Shown here one piece after another: positions 34,430 through 49,049 of a stretch of DNA of 64,000 nucleotides. Under the pieces are notes generated by a model. That model made no database searches. It was not told the origin of the DNA and saw nothing but the letters and a program-made list of their open reading frames with translations. The stretch's first letter is position 1. Each line of letters opens with the position of its first letter. The position numbers were made by a program, and so were the translations under genes. The stretch is from the human T2T-CHM13v2.0 reference genome, Homo sapiens: assembly GCF_009914755.1 (NCBI RefSeq), contig NC_060938.1. One strand, given 5' to 3'.

Positions 34430-35660
34430 AGAAGATCCAGAACTTGCGTGCAGCTTCTCCTCTCAGCACACTTTGGGCTGGGATGGCAGTGGGGCATAAT
34501 GGAGCCCTGGGCGATCGCTGAATTTCTTCCCTCTGCTTCCTGGACACAGAGGAGGTCTAACGACCAGAGTATTGCCCTGCCACCACTATCTCTAGTCTCC
34601 CTAGCTTGGTGCCTTCTCCTGCAGGAGTCAGAGCAGCCACATTGCTTGCCTTCATACCCTGGAGGTGGGGAAGTTATCCCTCTTCCGGTGCTTTCCCATC
34701 CTGGGCCACTGTATCCAGGACATCACTCCCATGCCAGCCCTCCCTGGCAGCCCATGTTCTCCTCTTTTCTCACCCCCTGACTTTCCCTGAGAAGAATCAT
34801 CTCTGCCAGGTCAACTGGAGTCCCTGGTGACTCCATTCTGAGGTGTCACAAGCAATGAAGCTATGCAAACAATAGGAGGGTGTGACAGGGGAACCGTAGA
34901 CTTTATATATGTAATTACTGTTATTATAATACTATTGTTATATTAAATGTATTTACTCACACTTTGCCTCTAAGGAGCTAGAGTAGTCCTCTGGATTAAG
35001 GTGATAAATAACTTGAGCACTTTCCCTCAACCAGCCCTTAACTAGAACACAGAAAATAAAACCAAGACTGGAAGGTCCCCTCTACCCCTCCCAGGCCCAG
35101 AGCTAGCTGACTGTGTATGAGCCTGGGAGAATGTGTCTCCTCCACAGTGGCTCCCAGAGGTTCCACACACTCTCTGAAGCTCCTTCTCCCACACTGCACC
35201 TACTCCTTGAGGCTGAACTGGTCACAGACAAACTGGGATCCAGCACAGTCCAGCAGTTCTCAAAATGAGGTCCTCAGGCCACAGTGCGTGAGAACTTGCT
35301 TGGCTGTTTGTTAAATGCTAATTCTTGGGCCCCATCAGAGCTACTGCATCGAAACCTGGGGGTAAAACCCAATATTCTGCATTTCTTATCAAACTCTTTG
35401 GGTGATAACTAAGTGTCTGAAGAGGTGACTATTTCCTGACAGAAGGACCCAAAGAGGGAAGCAGGACATAGGTAGGCAGACAGACACAGGGCCCTGTGCC
35501 TCAAGACACCTGTTTATTGGGGACACGACTCTGCAATAGGGATGACAGGAATCGTACCAAAAATAGCGACGTCTACAGGGCCCCTGATGGGGCTAGAAGG
35601 GTACAGTGCCCCCCACCCTCACCCCTTGTACAAAAATAAACTCTCACGCCTATGGACCAG
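34430..35660 (+). other. ARHGEF40: ARHGEF40 terminal 3'UTR exon
   Basis: Acceptor cttctag at 34429; AATAAA near 35055 and 35635. The 3' end is approximate. Confidence 0.7.
35250..35420. mobile_element. MER5-like element in the ARHGEF40 3'UTR
   Basis: cagcagttctcaaaatgaggtcc...ttgttaaatgctaattcttgggcccc...tctgcattt. Confidence 0.55.
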
Positions 35661-35951
35661 CAAAGACTGGCAGAGTGGCTCCTCAACAGGGACACAAACC
35701 TTCTCTGCCAGCCCAGGGACCCCGTTCTTTGACCCTCACCTCTGCCACTTCTAAGGCACTGTGACTCCCTTGGGCTGGGTGGGTACCGCCAGCCCACCCT
35801 CCTACGCCCGCCGCGCCTTCCACCTCTGGTCCGCCTGGGGCTGGGATATGGGTCCCACGCTGCCCCCTGCTGGCTTCTCTACCCAACTACCTCTAGCGCT
35901 CCCCCGCTCCGGCGGGGTAAGCTCACTAAGCTAATCGCCCCTGAGGGCCCA

Positions 35952-36556
35952 CTACCGTTCTTGCCCCCCCAGCCCTGCCTCTCCGGGTCTGGACAGCCCG
36001 GAGCCCTCCTCCCCTTCCTGCGAAGGACTGGGAGGGGTCTCTCCTGATGGTACTCGGGCATAGGGCGGGGACGCGTCAGCCTGGGGTGGCCGGCGGCCCC
36101 TAGCCCGGCGGCTGTGGTGCACTTGAAGGTGCAAGGCCATGAGCTCTGGGGCTCCAGTGGCGAACGGGCAGAAGAGGCAGCGGTGGAGGGCACCCCCAGG
36201 CCCGGCCTCGCCTCCCGGCCCTGCCCGCAAGGACAGGTCCAGGGGTTCGGCCTCACCGCCTCGCCCGTTGCGCAGGGTCCTCCCAGGGCTGGCGGGCTTC
36301 CGACGGGACCCCGGCCCAGCACCGCTAGAAGGAGGCCGGGGACTTGAGGCGCCCTCCACCCAGGTCGCAGGCTGCGGAGACGGCTTGGCTCCAGATTGCG
36401 GGGCCGAACCCCGCTGGGAAGGAGGCGGTGGCTCCGGGGGTGGCCCGGGGCCGGCCCCGCTCCTCTGCTCCCGGTGGTGGCGCTGTAGGTGATACTTGAG
36501 CGAGCCGGACTGGGTGCCCGCGTAGTCGCAGTGCGGACACTTGTAGGGCCGCTCGC
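35952..36556 (-). CDS. ZNF219: ZNF219 last coding exon
   Basis: ccccag|GCGAG; ERPYKCPHC...GGQER*. Minus-strand AATAAA at 35513-35518. Confidence 0.94.
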
Positions 36557-39001
36557 CTGGGGAGAGTGGGTGCGATAGGGTCACGGGGTCACGATGACTG
36601 CACGCACCCACCCGAATTTCGCCCAATTTACAGACCTCATTCTCAGAACCAAGAAAGGGCACTGCGTCTCCCACCCACTTTGATTTAATAAAGGAGCGTT
36701 TCCCAAGTGATCTCATCCAGCCAAACTGAAGGCTTCGGAACAAACTTCACCTCCTAGTGTTTCGGTAGCCCTCACCTTTCTGCCCGCCCCCAGTCCCCTC
36801 TCCACGCCGGAGGCTGCCTCCCTCACCTGTGTGCACTCGCAGATGCACTTTGAGGTGATGTGCTGAGCGGAAAGATTTTCCGCAGAAAGGACAATCCTTG
36901 CCGGTGGCGCCCCGGCCCCCTTCAGGCCGGGTCCCTCCAACCAACAGCCCATTCTCTTCTGCAACACATACGTTAAGAGGAAGTCAGGGGGGCCCACACC
37001 CTGTCCAGGTGCCGCGCACCCACCCCACACCCATCCCATAGGGCTGCTTCCCCTCGGGGTCCAGGAGGAAACAAAGTCTGAGGGGTTAGATTTGTTGTGA
37101 CTAAAGAGTTAAGTGTTCTCAAATGATGGCAAAGCCTCCAGGAAAACAAAACAAAACAAAACAAAAAAACTCAGGAGAAATTAAACGTAAGTTCTTTTAA
37201 CAAGGAAGCTACGAGGGAGTGGCGGCGTAAGAGTCAGAGGAGGACGCGGCGTACCCGGAGAGCGGAGGGTACCTACATACCCTGCGTGGCGGTCGATCTT
37301 GCCTGGGCCCCAGCAGCAGAGGCAGAGTGCCCCGGTCCCTCACCCGGGCGCGGGTGCAGGGAAGCCAGAGAGCCCAGCGACCTGCCCCGGGCCCAGGTTT
37401 CCTCCTCGGCCTCCACCACCTCCTCTTCTTCCTCAGGCTCCTCCGCACGGTGCCGGCGAGCCCGGGCCGGGAGAGCAGAGGACAGCGGGCGGAAGCCTCC
37501 GAAGCTGCGGCCGGGACCGGGCTCAGCACCCTCGCCGTTGGGCCGGCCCTCGCCAGCTCGCAGGCTCAGGTAGCCCAAGAGGCTCGGGGGCTCACGGCGC
37601 TCGGCCGGGGTGGGAGCCGGGGCCAAGAGGAGCGCTGGGCCCAACGGCTCATAGGCCAGCAGGCCGAGGTCAGGAGGCTGGGGGGCGCGGGCAGGCCCGG
37701 AGGCAGGCCCCGGGGCACGCAGTGGGCCCAGCTTGCTGGCGTGCACCTTCATGTGGTTCTTAAGGAACCAGGGCTCCTTGAAGCAGCGGCCGCACACCGG
37801 ACACGCATGATCGAAGGAGGCCTTGTGCTTACGCATGTGGCCCTTGAGAAACCAAGACTGTGTAAAGCTCTGGCCGCACACTTGGCAGCGGAACTCCGGA
37901 GGCGCTGGGGGCTCCTCGGGAGCGGCAGGAGCTGGGGTCGGGGTTGCCTCACGTTCGGGCTCGGGCTCCGGCTCCGGCTGGGGGACTGATCTGGGTTCGG
38001 GCTGGGGTGGAGGCTGAGGCTGAGGCGGAGGCGCAGCGGAGGTGGCCGCCAGGGGACGCTCGGGAGCCCCGTGGGCCGTCAGGCTGTGGTGCAGCAGCTC
38101 CTCCTCCTGGCTGGAGCCGAAACTGCACAGGCCGCACTTCCAGGGCCTATGCAGGATGTGCAGGTGGCGTTCGCGCTCCGCCGAGGTGCGAAACTTGCCT
38201 TTGCAGTAGGGGCAACGGAAGGCGGACGATGAAGGAGCCTGGGGCCGCGCCAGACCCTCAGTGGCAGGGGTGGCCTGCATGCCCCCTGAGCTTCGGGCTC
38301 TCCCCAGTCGGGCCTCGCGTAGTAGCGCGCGCTCTTCCAACTCCAGCAACAGGCGTGCAGCAGGACTACGTGGGCGCTCGGGCTGGTGTGTGCGCAGGTG
38401 CGAGCGCAGCAGAGCCCGCTGCGCCGCGCGGTGGCCGCAGTGAGGGCACTGGAAGGCCTGGGCTCCTGGGTGCGCCCGCAGGTGCAAAGCAAGGATAGAG
38501 TTGAAGCGGAAGCGCTTCCCGCATACAGGGCAGGGGAAGCGCCGTTCGCCTGCACGACTCTCAGACCAGCTCACCGCTCCCATCCCGAGCGACCCTGCGC
38601 TCACGGCTGGCCCGTTGGAGTATCGCTGCAGATCCAGCTCGCCGTCGAAAGCCGGCGGCGACGGCGCTAAGTGGCCGCTCGGGGCGCGGGGACGTGAGCC
38701 CTGTGGAGAAAGATCTGCGTAGAGCAAAGGGTGAAGGTAGAGCTGTAAAGGAAGCAAGGGCGTCGCCTCGAGGGCCAGAAGGACAACACGAGGGAAGGTG
38801 GGCTGGGGCCTGAACTAGGAACACAGGGTGCTACTCACCTCGGGAAGATGGGGTGGGGGGAGGTGTATGGGAATCGAGATGTCAGGGCCAAGGAGTTAAC
38901 TTCTAATAATGGGAGGTCAAAGAGAGAGAGAGGTAGGCAGGAGAGGGAGTATACAGTTGTAGGTACTTGTAGGTTGAAGCCAGAGCTTCACTCACCTCCA
39001 T
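35952..39001 (-). CDS. ZNF219: Zinc finger protein 219, whole CDS span (720 aa here)
   Basis: Exons 39001-38996, 38700-37281, 36958-36827 and 36556-35952 sum to 2163 nt. [11 protein letters not shown] start, multiple C2H2 fingers, PLDLS CtBP-type motif. Confidence 0.96.
36827..36958 (-). CDS. ZNF219: ZNF219 coding exon
   Basis: ttgcag|AAGAG...ACAG|gtgagg; [21 protein letters not shown]. Confidence 0.93.
37281..38700 (-). CDS. ZNF219: ZNF219 main coding exon
   Basis: ccacag|GGCTCA...CAGG|gtatgt; six C2H2-type fingers. Confidence 0.95.
38996..39001 (-). CDS. ZNF219: ZNF219 first coding exon (ATGGAG; whole exon about 39084-38996)
   Basis: ccATGGAG|gtgagt on the minus strand. Confidence 0.88.
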
Positions 39002-40136
39002 GGACCCCCTTCACATTCTTTGGTTCTGGGAAGTGCAGGGAAGAGGAGGAAAAGCTGCTAATGAAGGCAACAGGTGCTGTGGAGCTAAAGCAAGAGACAG
39101 ATTTGGAGGAAAAGATGAGCCCTAGTTTTCAGCAGTAAAGTCACTCCCTACCCCCAGACTCTCAGCATTCTGTATTCCCAAAACCAATCCATTCTCCCTA
39201 CTTGCTTCTTGAGGCACGAAGGGGCTGCTATACTCAAAAACTGTACCTCTTGACTTGCCAAGCCTACAAGCCTCCCAGATAATCCAGATTTCTTCCCCAA
39301 ATTCTATATTTTAAATGCATGGTCCAGAACAACCACAGCTACCACCCCACCCCCTGGCGGTGGGGAAGACCATCACAATATGCCCCTCTCCCATGTAGGT
39401 TGGGCTATGCAGTGTGGTGAGCAAATGAGGTGGGCTTGCCATGCTCCCCATTTATCCAAGTGGGACCAGTTGCTCTGAGATCCCTAACTGAGCAGCCAGC
39501 CAAACATCCTTCCAGGTTCCACAGTGCTTCCTTCTGCCCTTACCCTGTCTTTCTGTCTTTCCCCCCTCATTCTCCCTCCCTCCGCCTGGATTCCTGATCC
39601 ATTCATTTCCATTCATTACAGAGACTCATTCATGCATGGGAGAGAAACACCTCCCAGCAGCAGAGTCTGAAGACAGACAGAGGGGGAGGGGCATGAAGGG
39701 GGAGGGAGCCAGAGGGAGAGGGAATGAAGAGAGAGTTGGGGGAGGAGTGGAAGTTAAGGGGCACAGCTAGCCTGGGGAAGGGGCTAAAAACTGCAAATAC
39801 CGTATAGGATTCATCCCCTTGTTTCAAACCTTGGAGCCTGCAGTATGATGGGGCATCTGAGCCCCTTTGTCCAGGGCTGTTCCGAGGCAGGCTTTCCTCC
39901 TCTCTGCAGGGGAGAGGCTCCCTCACACAAGAGGAGGATTACACTGGCTCTGAGCTCAAGAGGCTGGAGTGAGGGACGGGGGGCGGGGCTGGGCCATCTG
40001 CACAGATAGGGACTCAGCACATGCTCTGAGCAGGAAAGGGTTAAAATTCTCCAGGCTAAAATTCCCTAGGCCTGGGACTTGCAGAGCTCCAGTGCTGGGG
40101 AAGGAGAAGATCATTGAGAGGAAGAGGATAGGGGTT

Positions 40137-40153
40137 GGGGGGGGGGGGGGGGG
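40137..40153. repeat. Poly-G run (G17)
   Basis: Direct observation. Confidence 0.9.
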
Positions 40154-43149
40154 CGGGTGCTGATCCTAAGCTGCAGAGGAGTTTAGCATGAGGACTTAGA
40201 AGAAACCCCAGAATCAAGATTCATGGAAACAGACCTGGGAGGATGACCAGAAGTCATCTAGTCTACCTTTCTGCCTCATATAGAATAGTATCTGGTCAAG
40301 GCTAAATGAATGTGGGTCTAACCTTTTTTTTTTTTTTTTGTCTAAGAAAGGATATTTGAGATATAAAGAACTTCCTTACAATAGGCATCACAAAACTGAA
40401 ATGGGTTACTGAGAAAGAAAAAGATGCAAGCATTACTTTGCCTAAGGATCTTTAATAGAAAAGAACTGTGCCAGGAGTCAACCTGCCTGTCAGCAGAGAG
40501 AAAAGGCTCTGGAGGTCCAAGGCTTCTTTAATTTTTGACATTTAGTGGATGTGGTAAAACTCCATGAAGGGGCAGGTACCTGTTACATGTGGAATCTGGG
40601 CTATAGGATTATTATTAGCAGATGATTAATTAACAAAGTGTCCTTGTCCAAGGGTCACTAGACGACCTCCACTACCACTTAATATGTGTATTTCTGTAGC
40701 TTCAAATTAGGGCACCCACTCTCATCCTCTGGATCCTTTCCTGGGACTAAGAGCCTAGCCAGGCTTACTGAATAGTGTCACAAAAGGTGAATTAGAATAG
40801 GACTGAAGGGTACAAGGCTATTGTAGGCCTAGTCTGAACATTGATAACCCTACAACCTTTACTAAATCACTTAACCTCCCAGTTTACTCATCAGTAAAAT
40901 AAGGGGATTGGACTAATTTATAGTGTTAGTCCCTTCCTGCTCGAAAAAAGTTTGTGATTCTAAGTCACAGGACTCTTTTGGACCCCAGAGAGATGTTAAA
41001 ACAAATGGTCATCCCTTCAGTACCATGGAGAGTGCAGTGGGCTACCACAGAAGCCACTTGGGCCACCTCAGTACCATAGATAGAGCTATGAGGTGCTAGA
41101 GGGGCTGTTTGCCATTTTAGCATCGCAGATACAACACAGAAAAGCTAGAGCATTTTTTTTTCGTTCCTATCTGAAAACCATAGAAAAAAACCCAGTGGTA
41201 CCAGAGGGATTATTTTGGCCTTTTAGATGTCACTGAAAATAGAAAGAGCTAATAGAAAATAGATGTAACTAGAAGAATTTTAATTAGCTATAAGGAGCAT
41301 CCTGACAGTTACAGTTTGTACATCCTGGAATGAGTTACTGAGGCATCATATTTGGGTCCATCACATTCTGTTGCTCTCCTGGGGATTCCCGGAACATCCT
41401 GGTGTACAGCCAATCTGGTATATTCAGAGGAAGCAGATGGTGGAGGCGTGGGGCGGGGGGGCTGGGAATACTGCATGGTCATAGCTGACTAACCTATGGG
41501 CACATACTCTCATTCTGAGAAGATTCTAGGGCCCCTAAAACTGTCTGTAGGATAGCAAGCAAAATCTCTTAGGAAGCTGGCCTCATATCTGAGGCAAGAA
41601 GAGTCAGAAAAGGGCAAAGCTTCCTATCCCAAAACAAAACAACAATAAACCACTTTGCACATAGCAGTTTCCAGAACAGAAATAGAGTGATATACAAGAA
41701 GGCCCAAACTGAAGCTGAATTCCCCAGCACGGAAAGTTTCCCCAGAAGGTGGCCTAAAATCAACAAAACTCACTGAGATACCTTCTTAGGCCCAATGAAG
41801 ATCTGAATCATCTCCATATCAAACCAGGTTCCAGACACCTGATCCCATGATTTTTTTCTCAGTAGGGGAAAGAACTGACAGGGACTGGGATACTATGAAC
41901 TGCCTTGGAACCGAGGTCATGCATATATTGCCCCTGGACAATAATCACAGAGTTTTCTATAGTCAGGCCTTAAACACCATCCTCGAGACTTGGCCAGACA
42001 GCAGCACTGACCTACTTTCCACCCCCACTGGGAATCAGGGGTTATCTTGCCCTTATTTGGATTCTATAAGGATGCGGGGCCAGGGATAGATATCAGAAAC
42101 CTTTCAAAAGCAGTAGGCCAATTATCCTTACATGCTGGGGCAGCTGGTAGGGAAGTGGGTGTGGACCACTAAACCTTACTCAGTAGAGAAGGATGGAATG
42201 GTTGGTGAAAAGACTTAGAAACAACAAGGACAGGTACATAGAAGTATTTGCTAAATGGACCACAAAGACTGTCCCTCAAGTCTTGTGATTCAAAAGTTTT
42301 TAGGGTCAAAGTGTAAGGAGCAAGGGTTCAGGACTTCTGGGGTCCAGTTGTAACTGCCTCTGGTCACCTCTAACACGATGGTTTTCCCTCTTGAGAATCC
42401 TAGACCTCCCAAATCTGCTAACAATTATGATTACCACTGCACTAGATGGGGTTAAAAGGAAAGGGAGCTTCTAGGGCGGTCTACGTTCAAAAGACTACCT
42501 TGATCACACAGACACACCAGTAGTTCACTTTTATGGTCTCCTCTCCATGGCCCTCTGAACCTCACTGCTCAGATAGCTCCTCCTAACCCGCTCCACTCTG
42601 CAGCTCACCAGCCTTTTTAGACTGAGATCTTGGTAAAGCCTCCTTCCCTCTGTCCTCACTCTCCTGAGTTAGGGACATGGAACCTCAGCCATGGACTTCA
42701 AAGGTACAGCAGGAGGCGAGAGGAAGGCACACCTGCTCACCTGCTGCCATCCCACCATGGGGAATCTTATCCCAGAGGCATGTCCTAACGCAACCCCGAT
42801 TTTGATTTTGAAAGTTCTGGAAGACCTGGGTTTGGGAAAGAGGGGCATGTAGCCAGCCCTAAGTCCCTTTAAGTGGAGCTGACCCTAGAAAAGTCAGTCT
42901 TAGCACCCACGTGAGCCTCGGTCCTCAGACTGGGAGGTAGGGGCGATCAAGGGAGCCTCTGGGAAAATCCCCCTCCCAGAAATAGATTGCTAAGTAGGGT
43001 AGGACCTGCTATCCTGCCGGAGAGGTTTTTCCAGCAGCACCCCAGACCCCTCCCCAGGAAGATAAGCCAGAAGGATGATGGGGGGCAGGGTTGGGAGATA
43101 GGGAGGCCAAGGCTCAGCTACCCCCGGCCAGGAGAACAAAAGCTGAGTT

Positions 43150-44150
43150 ACAGCCGCCTCCGCTGCTGCCGCGGGCCGAGCTCTTTGTGACACTTTGTTT
43201 GGGACGCAAAGAGGGAAGCACCCCCCATCCTTTCCCCTCCCCCGCCACCCCGTGCTCCCAGAGAGTTTGGGCTCCTTCCCCCTCCCCCACCAGCCCTACC
43301 TGGGCCGGGGGTTGGGGGGTGCACATCCACTCAGGCTCGCGGCTCTGCCGCCCCTCACCCCCAGGTCCCTCGCGCCCTGCCTTCGGGCCCCTACAAAGAC
43401 ACCCGCCACCTCCCCCGCCACATCCCCCCCGTTGGCCCTTCCCTTTGGTGTCTGCTCCCCCAGCTCTTCCACCTGGCCCCCCCTCCCTTGGGGCCCCCCA
43501 GCTCTCCAGGCTTCCGAGGCCGCCACCCCCACCCCGCCCCCCCAGGAGCTCTGGGCGAAGTTTGCTTGGGGCCGAGCCGGCGCCCCTCCCCCGCCCCCGC
43601 CCCCTGCACCTGCTCCGAGCCGGGCGCGCTGAGCGGGCCCCCCCTCCGGGAGGGGGGAGGGGGCCGGGGGCGGGGGCCGGGTGGCGGACGGGGGGGCCCG
43701 GGAGTCGGGGGAGCGGCTACTCACGAGCCCCGGGCGGGCGGCGGCGGAGCGGGCGGCGGCGGCGGCGGCGGCGGCGGGCGGCGGGCCGGCGGCGCGGGCG
43801 TCAGCGTTACGTGGGGCCGGGGGAGATGCGCCGGGCCCCGGCCCCCCCGCCCCCGGCCCGGCCCCCGCCCCCTCCCCGGTCCCCCGCCCCCGGCCCTGGC
43901 CCGCATTGTGTGCGGCGGGAGGCGGCCCGGCCATTAGCATGCGGGGGGCGGCGCGGCGGGGCTGGGAGCCGCGCGGGAGCCGGGCTCTGGCTCCGGGGAC
44001 AGGGAGCTGGGGACCCCGGGAGCCGCGAGAGGCGGCCGCCAGGGGCGGGGTGCGGGCGGTTTGGAGACGGGGGGCGCTGTCGGAGGGAGGGAGGAAGGGA
44101 GGGAGCGGGGGTGGGGCGCACAGAGGATTCCAACAGGAGACTGGAAGAGA
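43150..44150. promoter_or_regulatory. CpG island with ZNF219 non-coding first exon (- strand, donor after 43725); may also serve TMEM253
   Basis: Very GC/CpG-rich; minus-strand GGGCTC|gtgagt donor; interrupted (CCG)n at about 43735-43785. Confidence 0.8.
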
Positions 44151-45493
44151 TTTTGAAAGGTCATCTCGTCCTTCCCCCAGCCTCCAAGCAGCACTGCCCC
44201 TCCCTCCCTAAACCCGGACATACCAGGGAAGGAGTTGGCTCTGCCGCTCTTTCTGCCCCAACATGCACAGACTCGGGAAGTTCTTCCTGGGGTTTTATCT
44301 CAAAGCCTCTCCCTTACAATTTCTGTCTCTCTTTTGGGGGAGGAGGAGGGGCGATTATAGAGATAGTTAATGTCGGCCGTATAAGAAACATTATTAAAGT
44401 TACTCTTCGGTCCTTTCCGTTCTTGATAAACAATTCCTGCGCCTTCCTCTCGAATTCTATTTTCCATTCCTCAAGTCACTTTAATGGCTCTTCAATACAA
44501 CAAATATTTACTGAGTGCTTACTAAGTGCCAGGCACTGGGCTCAGCGCTGTGAGGGATGAGAAAGAAGTGGTACCTTCCTTCCAGGAGATTGTAGTCTAG
44601 ACTACAAACTGGTAAGTAGTATACTCAGATTTAGTCAATATTTACTGAATGCCTGTTCACCTATCTAATAGTATATAATCTTTCCAATAACCCTCTATAA
44701 TTAAATTAGCCCCCATTTACAAGTAAGAAAAATGAGGCTTCAGGAAGTCTGTTTCCCCAGTGGCCTGCAGGCTCGGGGATCCTCAGTGCAAGCCCAACAT
44801 CTCACATCGCCACCAAATAAAATCAATGCACGTGGGAATTGAGGAGGAGTAGACACACAGCAGTTTTCTGGATCTCTTTAAAACGTGACTCCCACTCCCC
44901 GGGAAAGAAAAGAGTAGATACAATGACCCGCCGATGTTGGCACAGCACTGATGGGGCAGGAGTGGCTTACAAAAGATCACTTGCCTCCCAGGACCCTGCC
45001 TCCCTCCTCGTACTAACTTCTAGAGTCTTCTGGCGCAGTCTCCTCTTATCGTCAACAACAAGAAATAATAATAGTGATGATGATCATAGCCACTAACATT
45101 GAGCACTTGTGTACCAGGTACTGGGCTAAGCTCTCTTCCATGCTGAAAGCAACCCCTTGAGACTGGTATTATTAACTTCCTTTTATAGATAAGGGAACAG
45201 AGAGATTAAGCAACTTGCCAAGGGCACCTAGGTAGATCTGGGATTTGTTTTGATCTATAGAGTATATTTGGGCCCAGCTGGTTCTGCTTCCGACTGTAGA
45301 AATGTGTCCCCAGCTTCCTTCTGAATAACACTTTTAGTGTATGGGCATCAGACTTATCGGTGTGACCTCATCAGCACCACTAATAGTTATTAAACACCCA
45401 CCCTGAATCAACAACTCTTCACAGTCATATTGTTAGCCCCCTTTTATCAGTGAATAAACTGAGGTGCGAATAGGTAGAAAAACATATCTATCA

Positions 45494-45805
<312 letters not shown>

Positions 45806-45945
45806 GTATCCAAGATCACACAGATGGAGAAGCAGCAGAGCTAAGATTCCAGCTCAGGTCTGTCTGGCTATGAGGCACCTTCTCTCTCAAAAATATTAAT
45901 TGTTGCAATAGCATCCTTCCCAAGACTCACTATTTGAGGACCATG

Positions 45946-45970
45946 AGATAGATAGATAGATAGATAGATA
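45946..45970. repeat. (GATA)n tetranucleotide
   Basis: About 6 units. Confidence 0.9.
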
Positions 45971-46693
45971 ATGTCCAGTTGCAGGTTATCATTGAATCAA
46001 AAACAATCCCCACCATAAACAGGGTCCCCCCCATCCATTGAGTCAGTGTTCAGTTCAGAGTAAAACCTTCAAGAAAGAAGGAAGGGAGACTGTCCAGAAA
46101 GTGAGAGGCAAGAAAGCCCCTGGAATTCAACCTTACCTGGTCTGGGGGCAAAGCTGCAAGTAGTAATGACAGGGGACCAATCCAGACAGAAAGTAGGATC
46201 TCTAGGGAAGGGCACATAATTTGAGGAGGAAGCCAAAGAAAGGAGTAAGATCATATGGAAATGAGGGGGAATTGAGGTCCAGAGTGATAGTGTCCATGGG
46301 GATGAGGTAAGTGAAACCAGAAAAGGAACCCAGGATGGGCAGAAATGAGGGTAATGAGAAATGGGAACAGAGTGAGGTCGGGCTAGACATCTTGTGGAGT
46401 GAACTGAGGCCGGTATCTACCCAGGGCCACTCCCTAGATCCTTAGGCCTTCATAGAAACCTTTGCCCCACCACACCCCATCCCTGACAGCCTTCCTCTGC
46501 CAGGACAAGTTTGTCGTCTGCTCTGAGCTATCAAGCCCCTTAGGAGACCTAGGACCCAGCTGGGTCCCATCCCTTTGGAGTAGCTGCTTCAGACTAGGTA
46601 GGTGTGAGGACCTGGACCTCAAATCCCTGGATATTGGGAGTGGGCAGAGGTGTAGCTGAAAGATACGTTGTTGCATGTCCTGTCTCCTAATAG

Positions 46694-48671
<1,978 letters not shown>

Positions 48672-49049
48672 GAGAATGCTCTCCAGACATTCCTGCATCC
48701 CACCCCACCAAACTCAGAAGCTTGCTGGGATCCTTCGAGTCCAATAGGAAGTCCGGGAGTGCCTTCAGTTTTCACTCAAAGCAGGCCCTTTTTTCGTTCC
48801 TTCCCTGTTAGGGGAAGATACACCTGGACGAGAATATATCCTCACCTCACCACCCTGAAAAGCTGCTTTCTCCCTTGCATCCATATCCTCTCTTCCTGTC
48901 ACCTCCCCATACAGCTTCACATTTGCCTCATCGCACTTTTCTTTTCTGTCCACCTTTCATAATCCCATCCACTCCAAATCCCGGACCCTGCACACGCCAA
49001 CTCCCTGAATCCAATTCAGGAGTGCCCCAGTTCCCCTTTCGATCCATCT

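Noticed and set aside
43091-44560. 489-aa plus-strand ORF
   Set aside because: Low-complexity Pro/Gly/Arg product of a stop-poor CpG island with a non-ATG start and no domain.
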